Source: Camelus dromedarius (lineage: Eukaryota). From it: a stretch of 64,000 nt of DNA. Of the stretch, positions 47,465 to 59,049 are shown in pieces; within the stretch, counting starts at the first letter, position 1, and each line of letters starts with the position of its first letter. The stretch covers positions 930,001 through 994,000 of the forward strand of contig NC_087471.1 in assembly GCF_036321535.1 (NCBI RefSeq). The letters are read 5' to 3'. The position numbers and the translations under genes are program-made. A model generated the notes under the pieces. It was given only the letters and a program-made list of their open reading frames with translations, made no database searches and was not told the DNA's origin.

Positions 47465-47570
47465 CTTGGTGCTCCCAGGTGATCCGAGGTACGGGAGCAA
47501 ACGCCACCGCTGTCCCAAACACCACGGCGAGGGCGGTGAGCAGCCCCCCTGTGGGGACGCACATCCTCAT
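47465..47570 (-). CDS. SEMA4D: Semaphorin-4D coding exon 1 (signal peptide)
   Basis: ATG at 47570; MRMCVPTGGLLTALAVVFGTAVAFAPVPRITWEHQ, G|gtgagg donor, 106 nt. Confidence 0.97.
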
Positions 47571-47824
47571 CGGCTGGGCCGCAGCGGGGATTTCGGCAGC
47601 AAACGCCCGTGGGTGGCAGCACCCGGCAGTGGGTGTCCGGCTGGGTGCTGCTCAGAGCCCCGGGGCCACGGCCTGCAGCACAGCTGGGAGCTGGGGGGCG
47701 GCGCCAGCCCCGAGGACCCGCATTTCTCGGTGCTCTGGGAGAGGGCGGGCTGCTCTCAGCGCCGCCAGGGTCAAGGGCCGCCTGGCGCTCTCAGTGTGCT
47801 GCTTTACGGCCTTCCGAAGAAATT
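47571..47824 (-). other. SEMA4D: 5'UTR portion of the SEMA4D ATG-containing exon
   Basis: Strong acceptor ccttccttctcactttcttccag| at 47825-47827. Confidence 0.75.
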
Positions 47825-50479
47825 CTGGAAGAAAGTGAGAAGGAAGGATGTGTGGTAATAGCGCCTGCTTTCCGTTTGCCCAACATCCCCCATGGCTCTG
47901 CTCTCCCCACACCCCCAGCCACGGGCTCCGTCTGCTGAGGAGCAGAACGATGAGGACACGGGGCCCCGGGGGACGGCCCCACACAGACACAGGCGGGGTT
48001 ACAGGAGTCGGGGCTTCCCGCTCCTCAGGTCAGCCCGGGATGCAGGACGGACATGGGGACCCAGGCCAGGGGGACAAGTGCCGGCCTGGCTGCCCAGCTT
48101 CCTCCCCGTGCGGCCGCCGAGTCCAGCTGGTAATGCGACGGGAAAGAAGGAATGGAATCCGGGTTTCAGTTTCCCTCACAGACTCCGGCTTCCCAATTCC
48201 TGTGATCCTCATCGAGGGCGACAGTCAGAGCTAAAGACCGGAGGGCGGCACAGAGGCCGAAGCCTACGGGTACACACGCACACGCTCGCCTGTGCAAGCA
48301 CAATCCTATGCACGCATACAGACACACACACACGCACGCATGTCCTGGTCGTGCAGGAGTAGTTGACCTCCCGCAGGGGACAGGGCCACCCCCGATGGCC
48401 TCGCCCCTCCAGCCTCACCCTCAGTGTGCACCCATGGGGACAGTGGTCATGGGCTCTGCTTTGTCACTGAGAAACACTCGATGGAAAAAACAGCCCTGAG
48501 CTGTACACAGCAACTGTGGGGCTGGGGGTCCGCAGGTCTCCTGGCCCCCACACTCTGCCCTCCAGTCCTGGCCTCCCCCTTGCTCAGTCCCAAGCACCCT
48601 CTGCGAGGGTCCCGGTGGGGGGGCCACAGGAGAGCCCCGCTCCAGATCAGGGCATCAGGGCAACTGAGCACTGGGGTTTGCCCCAGACCTGAGGCACCAC
48701 CAGGATCCCAGTGACACTCTGAGATGGACTGGTTCCCAACTTCTCAGGAGGAAGCTTAAACCACAACGCGGCCTAAGAAGAGGCAGGACCCTTGCTGACC
48801 ACACCTGGGGGTACAATTAAGTGACGGCAGAAGCCCCCACGCTCTGCAGAGTAACCTGCCCCGGGAGGCCCCACGCGGCGTCCATGGGCACACAACCCCT
48901 TCATACCGAGTGCCCTCTTGCAATACGGTGGAGCAGCTGCCTCCACCCTCCCCCCTCCCCGCCCCTGCAGGTCCCAGGAGTCGGCCATCCTCACCTCCTC
49001 CTCTTCCCTCCACCCCCACCAAGCCAACCCACCTCCAGGTCTATCTGTCCAACTGACAGCCCCGGGACCGTCCCTGCCCGGAACCTTCCCCTCGCACCCG
49101 CCATCACCGTCAGCATCCTGACCACCATCTGTCAGGACGTGTGAGGGGCAGCCAGCTCCCTCACTTCCTCTCCTGGCTCAGCCTCTCCCTGCCCCCCCCC
49201 AACCTGCCACAGGCCAGCATTTGTCCAGCCACCTGCCCTGCTGTTCCCTGACACCTCAGGCCAAACCTAACCTCCCAAGAGGGTTTGGGGAGAAGTTTCG
49301 GCTTCCTGTTCACCTGGTTCGGTCACTGCCTCCAGGAAGCTCTCCCGGCTCCTTCCTCATTCCGCCCAGGGACGTCACCGCTCACATCCCCTGGTGTCCC
49401 TGTCTCGACCCCAAAACCCATCAGAGAGCACGGCGTGCCCTTGGCGGAGCTCTGGGAGGTCCTTTTATTTGCATGGGGCACTACACCTCATGCTCCACTT
49501 CAGGACTCAGGGAGGACTTGCCACTGGGGAGATGCCAGGCAAGGGCCAGACTCCAGGGAACAGGCCTCATTTGCCCGCCCACCTTCCCTGCTCAGGCGCG
49601 AGGCACTAGCCAGGCTCCCCGTCCACCCAGCATCTATTCTCCGTCCTGACTGGTCCCCTGAAGTCAGGGAGCACACGGAGTCCGTCTTTTTCTCCAGGGA
49701 CTGGCACATCCTGGACGGAGGCTGGCACTTCTTTCCACAAAGGACCAGATGGGCATTACTTTCAGCTTTTTGATTCTTAGAGCCTCTGTCCAGCGTGGTA
49801 GCTCGAGAGCAGCTACAGATGACGGGTGAATGGACGAGCGTGGCTGAGCGCCAACACAACTGTGTACAGGACAGGCGCCGGCTGCTGGCCAAGCCCCGCA
49901 CGGGGGGCCCACAGGGACAGCCAGCCCAGACACCCAGCGGCAAGGGCGTGACCCACGCTGAACGCAACACCAGATACAGCGGGAAGCTGAGGAGGCCAGG
50001 AGGGGAGGAGGGAGGGCTGCCTCACGGAGGGGCTGTCAGTGCTCACCCTCCGCAAGCCAGCTCTGGGGGCGCCCACCGTGTGGGTCACATGTCACCGTCG
50101 GCCCGGGCCCCAGGTGGGGACCCTGCTCTCCTGCCCTCAGTACAGAAGTGAGGTACACGGAGGCTCTCGTAGCCCAGGCCAGGTGAGGTCTCACGCTGCC
50201 CAAACGTGCTCAGTACACAACCCCACTGAGTGTCCAGCGAACACTAAACACTGCAGAAATCCCGCACGGCCCCGGGACGCGGAGGTCCTGGGGGAAGCTG
50301 TCTGTGCAGATGAGGCTGGGGTTCGAGGAGCACTGGATGCCCGCCTGGCTCACCGCCAGGCCCACGTCCGCTCCGAGCGAGGCAACGCTCACCTCTCATC
50401 CTGATCTCTCCACAGCCTCCTACCCACCGACCCTGGTTCTGTTCAGCCTGCTGCCTGGAGCAGAGATTGCTCGCTTCAT

Positions 50480-50940
50480 GTCCCAGCATCCACATCCCTG
50501 CATTCTCACTAACAGAATCTTAATTTTCCCTGGGGTGGCAGTGTGCCCAGCTGAGCATATCTCCCAGCTTCCCTGCTGGCAGCTCTGGCCAAAGAACTGT
50601 GAACAGCAGTTATTAGGTAGGACTTCCAGTAAAGCTCTCTAAAAAAGGCTGACTCAGCTGGTGTTTGTACCTTTTGGTTTCAGCCTTTCCTCTTTTTGCT
50701 GCCTGGAAACTGATGGCTGGAGCTCTGGCAGCCATCTTGTGAATGTGAAGATAAGAGGGTCAATTCTAAGAACAGCCAAGTGGAAATCCACAAGAACTTG
50801 GGGCCCTCACAACAAACTGGAGACTTTTCACCTGGTTTCCTCTGCCTACCTCTAGACTTGATAATAAACTACTAATCCCTTTAAGTGACTGTTTTTTCAG
50901 ATCGTTGTTACCAGCAGCCAGACACAACCTCCCTATAACA
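50480..50940 (+). mobile_element. MLT1J/K-like MaLR LTR
   Basis: catatctcccagcttccctgc...gctggagctctggcagccatcttgtg...ttaagtgactg...gttaccagcagccagac. Confidence 0.7.
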
Positions 50941-51439
50941 CATTTACCAAACAGCAGCAGGAGCCAGAATAATGCTTTTCATGTAAATCAGAACATATCA
51001 TTTCCCGACACGAGATGTTTCTCACTCATGTTAAACCCAAGTGTGCGACCTCGGTCCACCCTTTATCCAGCCTCTCCCATTCCATGCCTCCTCCACCTTC
51101 CGTCCCAGCCATGCCTGGATATGTGGCGCTTGGCCCATCTGCAGGCTGTGTTCCCACCGCCTGTCAGAACCATTCAGAGCATTTCCACGTGCGTCTGTTC
51201 CAGAGATCACGTGTGCAAGTCCCACAGCACTGGGGTTTCCTGGAGAAGACTTTTTCTCCATATGACTGATCAGTGACTGGCAGTGCCTCCCCACAGCTTC
51301 TCTGCCTTGAGCTCCCAAACAGGCTAAGTTTTCTAGGAACGCTCCACCTCAGGGCAGGGAGAAGACGGGTGGCTGCCAGGGTTAGGGCAAGGGAGGGATG
51401 AACAGGCAGGGCGCAGAGGGTTTTTACTGCTCTGGAGGG

Positions 51440-51537
51440 GGACGCTGAAATGGGGAAGGGAAACTCCACGTACTTTCTACTCAATCTCACTGTGAATCTG
51501 AAACTGCTCTTAAATAGAAAGTTTATATTTTAAAAAA
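51440..51537 (+). mobile_element. L1MA/MB-type 3' tail
   Basis: gggaaactccacgtactttctactcaatctcactgtgaatctgaaactgctcttaaat...aaaaaa. Confidence 0.65.
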
Positions 51538-52429
51538 CACGCCAGCTCAGAGAGCTCCTTCCTGACCACAAAAGGAGCATGTGTGGAGCCCTATGCAGAT
51601 GTGCCCACAGCCCAGGATGCCCCCCAGGCCGTGGGGCACAGATGTGAGGCCCCCTGGGATGTCTCACTTCCCCTCAAATACCAGCCTGGAGCCCAGTCTC
51701 TGATGGAGGGAGACGGTTTGCAGGGGCCCCCCGACAAGAACAAATTCCTGCTTAGGTCCCTGATAGAAGTCACCCCCCGGGACATCCCGTGACAGGCACC
51801 GCAGCCAGGCTTAGAACCCAGAGTGGGAGGGGGGAGACTCCCCCTTCTGGAACCTGACACCCAGAACACAGAGATTCACCTCAACTCACTCCTCAAACCC
51901 AGTAACATTCTGACACCCTAAAAGGACACAAACTCATCGGATAAAAATGGGGCGAGGATAACAGCCCACAAGGATGTTAACAAACCCTGGGAACTAGAGA
52001 GAACAGACAAGCATAAGCAGCGATGTGCTGGCAAACCCTAACAGCCGGCTCCCCGGGGGCAGGGCGCCCGCCTCGCAGTGTATGCCCCCCGCAGGGGTGT
52101 AAACGCTGCTCTCAAGCTCCCAACACGGCACCCCGGGACAGAGACGGGACGCAGTGCACAGAAGCACACCGGTGTTCGGTACTTCCATCACGCGCAGACA
52201 ACGGGCACGTGGCCTCCAGAGCAGGAAACAGTGAAGTGCACAGGGGGTGGTGGGTCTCGAGCATGTTTCCCTCCACCTCTATTTTTCATACAGTTCACTT
52301 AAGTCCCCATAATTTAGTTTCTGATCACGGGCTGTGTTCACCGCCAGCCCCAGCACACCCCCGCTGGTAATGAACCGACTCTGTGCACCAAACGGCTGGA
52401 GAGGGAGGAGCCTCAAGACACACAACCGG

Positions 52430-52930
52430 AGAAGATGAAAGCGACCTTCGACTCTGAAACGGTGATGAAGGAAACAAAACGTTCAGTCGAAGGACTGGAA
52501 GGTAAAATCGAGGCAGGTTCCTGAGACTTGAACAATGTGACAGAGACGAAAACAGGGACAGGAAAGATAAGAGAGCTGGAAGGTGGTTCTGGAGACCCCG
52601 ATCCGACAGCTGGAGCTGCAGAAGAGAGTGAAAACACGTAAGGGATCATCAGAGGAATAATAAAAAGATGTCCAGAACAACAACAAAAAGCCCCACGGGC
52701 TTACAGAACGGAAGCGCCCAGCAGTGCAGTGAATGAACAAAGACCGAGGTACCAGGCACGCCGTGGTGCGATGCGAGAGTCCCGGGGGACAGCTGCAGAT
52801 CCCGAAAGCTTCCGAGAGGAACCAGGCCCCGTACAATCACGCTGACACCCAGGAGGCGGCAAAACGCCTTTAAGATCCCCAGAAGAGCATGAGTTCTCAC
52901 GCAGAGCCTTAGACGGAGCCCAATTACCAA
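52430..52930 (+). mobile_element. Ancient L1M ORF1-region fragment
   Basis: A/G-rich decayed ORF1-like text (gaaggactggaaggtaaaatcgag...gataagagagctggaagg...cttccgagagg). Confidence 0.55.
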
Positions 52931-55380
52931 CCAGGAGTGCGGCACAGAAAACGTCTCGACCACGGAAGGCCTTCACCCTTAGCTCCCTCGCAGTCCTTCT
53001 CAGAAAGCTGCTGACGATCAGGCTCCACCGGGACGAGGGCGCCATCTCCCCGGTCTTCCCGAGAAGGAAGGGGAGCTGGGGGCAGGAGATGGGGCGCGCT
53101 ACATGGAAGCGGGGCGCAGGAGAGACCCGCGGGTCTGTGCACTGAAAGTGAGGGTAACGGGCCTGGTAGAGCCTGAGGATGAGCTAGTAACACAGACAGA
53201 GACACAAATGGCGCCCACGCCCTCCAAACGAAGCAGCCACTGACCTCCGGGAAGGCAGGACGGGAACCTTGGACAGGAACGTAATCCAAGTGAACTCGTC
53301 ACGGTCCGGCTGTGGGCAGCACTGACAGGGCACGGATAACAAAGCCCGAGGAGGGTCCCTGCCGGGAGGCGGGGGAGCAGCGAGAGGAGGGCACCCAGGG
53401 AGCCCCACTCCCCATCCTCTATGGTAAAGAAGCGTCTGAAACCCCAAAGGCAGGAAATACAGGTACAAGCACTTTGAAGGAAACAATACCCAAAACGGCT
53501 AAAACAGTGACAGCTCGTTGTCTCAGGGACAAAGGGACAGGCCCGGAGCTGCTGCTTGTTCTCGTAAGAACGATGTCACTTTAAAACCATGTGCATTAAT
53601 TGCTCTCATAAAAATTAGTGAAATTTAAAAAAGAAATCAATGCTTTGATTCCTTGCAGCCCGGAGGCCAGCAGCTCAGTGAGTGAAGCAGCCGCAAACAC
53701 AGGCCCCTGCAGGCAGCACCCCCTCGAGGACGGAGCAGAGCGAGGTGCGTCCACGCACCACACTGGGGCTCACACGCTTCTGCAGAAGCAGGATTGCTCA
53801 CCAAGCGGCAGACGTGCCTGAGCAGAACAAGAGTTGCATAAAATGCTGCTCCAAGGGCGCATGATGAGGGGACCTGGCCTCCCGCCCCTCCTGTGCATAA
53901 CGCACCCCCCCACCCCCAGCCACAGGATGCACCCAACGCCTTTGCATGTGCTGGTCCCACCTCCTGAACACCCCCGCCCCCCACCGCCCCAGGACCTCCT
54001 GGTGGCTGGCTCCTTCCTGCAGGCACCTGGCCTCAAGGCCACCTCCTCCCAGGCTGCCCACCCCACCCCCATCCGCCTCCTGTTTTATTTTCTTTACGGC
54101 ATGAATAGTCTTGAAAATGCTCAGTGATGTGGTCCATTGTAGGGCAGGGCAGACCGGGGGAAAGGCAAACATCCCAGTTGGAAGACGAAGGCCAGAGCTG
54201 GAGAGAAGCCAGGCGAGGCCTCAGGGGCAGAAAGTTTCACAACACAGTACCCAGGGCGAACGGACCTCATACAGGCATTCACGGCCACAGCTCCGGGACA
54301 GGCCGAGCTGCCCGGACAAACGTGCCAAGCGAGTCTCCGCGGATGCCCGGCGGAGGGGCCCGTCTCCCTCTGGGACCTGAGGGAAGGGCTGCCGTTCACG
54401 TGGGCAGCTCAGGCTGGTTTGGGTGACAACAGAAACATTCCTCTTAACCACCTTGAGGCTGGACCCACCCAGACAATGCGGTTCAGGAGCCGGGCAATGT
54501 TGAACCAGCCGGGCGGCCGCTCACCCGCTGGCCATTCCCAAGCCCGCCCTGCCCACGGCAACTGGGGCGGGGGGCGGGGGGGATGGGCTGAGTCCTTGCA
54601 GAGGCACATGCAGGCCTCCCAGCGTGGGTTTCACCCAGCTCTGAACTGTCTTCATCTCATCGGCAGATGCCAGATGCCCGATGGCCACGACCGGACCCTG
54701 CCTCTCGTCCTCAAACGGTCTTTAAAAAAGTCCACACGAACAGCCAGAGGTCAGGAGGGTCCTCTCCGGGGAGGGGTGTGGGGGCTGCACATTTTGCTTT
54801 ATGACATTGGAAGGGTTTGACACTTGTTCTTCTCCGAGAAACACGCATGGCTTTGTGTGATGGAAAACTGCTAAGCAAAGCACGCAGCACACTCACTCAC
54901 ACACGCGCACACACACACACACGTAGCCACTGTGCACTCAACCGGGAACCCTGGCGCGGCGATCACTGACAGGACGTCACACTCGGAATCGAAGCCTGAA
55001 TGTTCAAATGGAAGCAACTGGACAAGCGCCCATCCTGCTGGCTTCCGTGGGAGCCGAGGGTCGGGAGTGTGCACTTAGCCTCCTGCATGTGAAAGTGTCA
55101 CACTGAGATGGGAGCCCATTAGAAAGACGGGGTCACACGATGTCACACCCATTACCCACACGTCATTGTGCCGGTTCAGGAGGAGAACACGATCCCACTT
55201 TAACTGCCAGGAGGGGGGAACCCAGAGGGTCTCCGAGCCCATCACTCAGAGGCCCGTCGGGGCCTGTCACACAGCAGCTGTCCCCTCGAGTGGCCCTGAA
55301 TTAAGTCGGGGGTTGGGGCAGAGGAAACAGGGCAACGGCTGTTACATGTTCCACATGTATCGTGCGCCTGTTTTAGGTCC

Positions 55381-55626
55381 ATACATGTACGTGCACACCG
55401 TATATGCGCGAGTGTGTGTATCAGACTATGTGCACACGTGCACCTGTGTGTGCATCTGTACATGCGTGCAAGTGTACACTCGTGTTGTGTGCAAACACGT
55501 ATCTATGTGTGTTCATACACACATACACCTACAGGTATGTGCGTACATGTGTACCCGTGTCTGCTCACGCGTGCCTATGTGTGTAAGTGTACATACGTGT
55601 GCATGTACACCTATGCCGTGTGTGTG
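55381..55626. repeat. Long degenerate (TG/TA/CA) alternating purine-pyrimidine tract
   Basis: Read directly. Confidence 0.85.
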
Positions 55627-57494
55627 CTCTCTGTTACGGCACAAAAATCCCGATCCAGCACTGCAGCCCTAGATGTGACTGGTGACCAGAGGCTGGGGTC
55701 CTATACGGCAGGCACCACGGATGGAGGGTGCCATCTGGGGTCTGTCGCACCCTCCCCACGCCTTGGCTTCCCTTTCTGGGACCGGCTGCCTGTGGCAGCA
55801 GGGGCGGGTCACAGAGGGGAACCGCTCACTACCACTTGTAAGGTGCCAGTGCTTCGGTCAACAACAGGATGCTAGACCAATGTTAAACAGTGCCCTCGCT
55901 GGCGTCCCCCGGGGAACCCACGAAAGGGGAGCCTGGTGACAGCTGTCGACAACTGCTGGGGGCCTGTTCTGGCTTCCTGTCTGCCGGGTTTGCCCAGACG
56001 GGGCAGGTGAAGCCCCACACACCCTCCAGGCCCTGTGGCCAGCAGAACAGAAGACACACACCTGACCATGCCGTCCCCTCCCAGTGAGGGGCAGAGAGCA
56101 CAGCGGCTACCCTGAGACCATGCCCTGCCAGGCCGACGTCCCCGCCTCCAGGCTGCCCCCCACCCCCATCTCCCGGCTGCTCCCCACCCCTGGCTGTGGT
56201 GCTAATGTCACCACCTTCCCAAACGGCCTTGTCCCCTCAGGAATCAGAAAAGGTTTCAGGAGCTCTCTGCGTCACACACACAGGACAAGCAGTCCATTGT
56301 TTCAACTCCAGTTTCCCCAGAACTTAGAACTGATCCCGGGAGCAGCACTCCAGCTGCAGGGGCCATGCTCAGCCTTGGATTTGAGTCCAGCTGGACCCCC
56401 CGCCCCCCCCTACAGACACCCTGGCCAACAGAAGAGCATGCAGGACGCCGGCCTTCCCCGCCGGTGGCCCCGCATGGGCAAAGAAGCCAGGACGTCACGA
56501 CGCACCTTACCCCTCCTGCCCGCACCCAAAACCGGGCACTTGGGTGCCACGCACGCCGGATGGGGGCCAGAGGGCGGCGGGGTGACAGATGCACATAGCA
56601 AATAATCAGCAGTCGGTCAGCAGGGACGACGGACAAGTGCTGAGAAGGGGGTCACACCACCTGCGCGCCATCGCCCTTCGCACACGGACACTCACCACCG
56701 TCTCTTTCCAGAGGGCATGCGGCACCTGCGCAGGGCGGGTGCACGTGTCCCTGAGCCTGGACAGCCTAGCGCTGCGGAATATAACACAAGTCCCCTCCCC
56801 TGGCCTGACTTTCCCTGCCGCCCGCCCCAGGGAGGAATGCGTGCGGTCAGGGGCTGCTGGTGTCACGGGGAGCTCGGCCCCAGATTCACCCCCAGGCACG
56901 TTCCCCAAGGGCAGGAGGACACGGTGCGCACAGGGCAATACTTGAAATGCCACTGAAACTGGTGCTTAGGGCTCCAGTTTGACCTGTGCAGAGGGCAGAT
57001 GTAGGTAAAGGGCACTGCTGAGAAGTCTGGCCTTGTCTGGAATTTATTTGCATTCTTAATTTTCTTTTTACCTTATGTAACTTTCCTACCTTCAAAAGCA
57101 AGTCCAAGCAGGCTTAGCTCTGCTAATAAGGAAACGTAAATTAAAATAAAGTGCCTGATTACCTCCCCACGAGGGAACGAGAAAATTTAAAAGACTGATT
57201 GATGCTAGCGGCGCTGGTGAAGGGGTCGGGTGGAGGATTTCTGAAGGTGATTCTGAATTTCCAAATCGTTCCTACTACCTAGCGACTCTCGGCAGTCATC
57301 CTACAGACAGCCCGGTGTGCAAAGCCACATGGACGAGACTGCACCTCCATCGGCGGCTGGTTAACAGATACGTGCAGGGGACCGAGCCACGTGTGCAAGA
57401 TTCGCCAGGGAGCACACGGCAGCCCGACCGCACGGAAAGGCAGGTGCAGGGCGGGCAGCAGGCCGGGATGGCCCATGTGCGTCCAGGGAGGAGG

Positions 57495-57588
57495 TCTACA
57501 CACACACACACACACACACAGACACAGACACACGTGGACACACACGGACACAAACACAAGGACACATGTGGATACAAATACTCACGGA

Positions 57589-57628
<40 letters not shown>

Positions 57629-57650
57629 GACACAGACAGACACAGACGCA
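57495..57650 (+). repeat. Compound (CA)n/(GACA)n microsatellite region
   Basis: Read directly; pure CA runs near 57498-57519 and 57590-57626. Confidence 0.9.
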
Positions 57651-58984
57651 GACCCGACTGCTAACAGTGACCATCTCTGGGCGGGGAGAAAGGCCAGGGG
57701 ACTCACTTTTTATGTTTGTTTTTAAAACAATGAGTTGCACTTTCTATTGCTTTGTAAAAAATATTTAATACGTTAACAACGCATGTCTCCTCTCTACTCA
57801 AGTTGGTGGACCAATCTCACACGCAGCGTGCTGCCCTGTGGAGCGGGTGCAGTGGTCCCCGCACCAGCCCACCTCTTGGTGTCAGTGTCTGTTCCAGTCG
57901 TGTCTCTGCCCTTAGTGTTCACATAAAAATGAGAAGTGGCCTCCTTTCCTGCACGCACTTCATGATTTTTATGACCACAGAGTAACAGGAGAGCCCACTC
58001 TTTTCGGCTTTAACCTGGGAACTGTCTCAACTCAACACAGTACTAAACAGAAGAAGCAAGCAGCCTTGCTTTCAATTCCCTTACAGCCGAAGATTCCAAA
58101 CTACATCTTGAAAATAAAAGTGCTCAGCCAACAAAATCCAAAGACACACGATCCGGGGGGGGAGGGGGTAACTAGGAAAAAAAACTTGTAACACACACGC
58201 GAGGGAATGGAGTTCCTGATTAGAGCAGAAAGAAAAGATCTAACAGATCACAGAGCCCTGGCCCCAAAGAGCAGGTAACCGAGCACATGCACGTACAGAA
58301 CCAGCCAACAACACGGGAAGGGCTAAGCGACCCTGGAAGTGGAGCCGTGCTCCTTACAGCCGCCCCCCAAGCTGGCGTGACAGGCCCCGGGACTGCCGTG
58401 CGCATGGACACCAACGAACGACTAGGCTGGCAGCGGGCGAGTGGAGGGGCGGGCAGGAGCGACAGCCCCGCCCGCCCGCGCACGGCACACGCGTGCCAGC
58501 AAAGGGTGGAGGGAAGATGGCGGCTTGCCTTTTGTTTATACAAATTAAACTGGCCTTTCTCTTCCCTCTAAAGCTGGAAAACCATGGTTGACCAGGTATC
58601 AACTGACCAAAATTAAGGTTAATCATAAAATGATTCAAATCCCGGGCAGGGGGTGACATGGAGCGCCTCTCTTTCCCATCAGACCTCACGATGACCCCCC
58701 TGCTCCCCCAAAAGAGAAGACGGAGCATCTCGGTCCCTAGACTGGGGCCTGCAGCCTAGGAAGAGGGCAGGGGAAGAGTCGGGGGCAGAACGGCAGGGAA
58801 GGAGAAACAGGCAGCGCACCTGCTGCCCTGTGGGCTTTCCCCCAAGCCAGCCCCGGGGGGCGGCGGCCAGGTCCCGACCTCCGCAGGGGCCGAGCACCGA
58901 CCTTCCGCTGGATCCCACTGAGGCTTCTACAAAGTGTCAGCTTAGCCAAGCTGCGAGGCAGACTGAGAAACGAAGTGACTTTAC

Positions 58985-59049
58985 CTGTATCTTGTGCTTC
59001 TCAGATCTTCCCAACTGTTTCTAGAAAGGAGTCTTCAGAAATCTTGGCT
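58985..59049 (-). other. SEMA4D: SEMA4D non-coding 5'UTR exon (65 nt)
   Basis: ccttgttcctcgttattttcag| acceptor and CAG|gtaaag donor; length matches my recollection of a 65-nt human 5'UTR exon. Confidence 0.7.
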
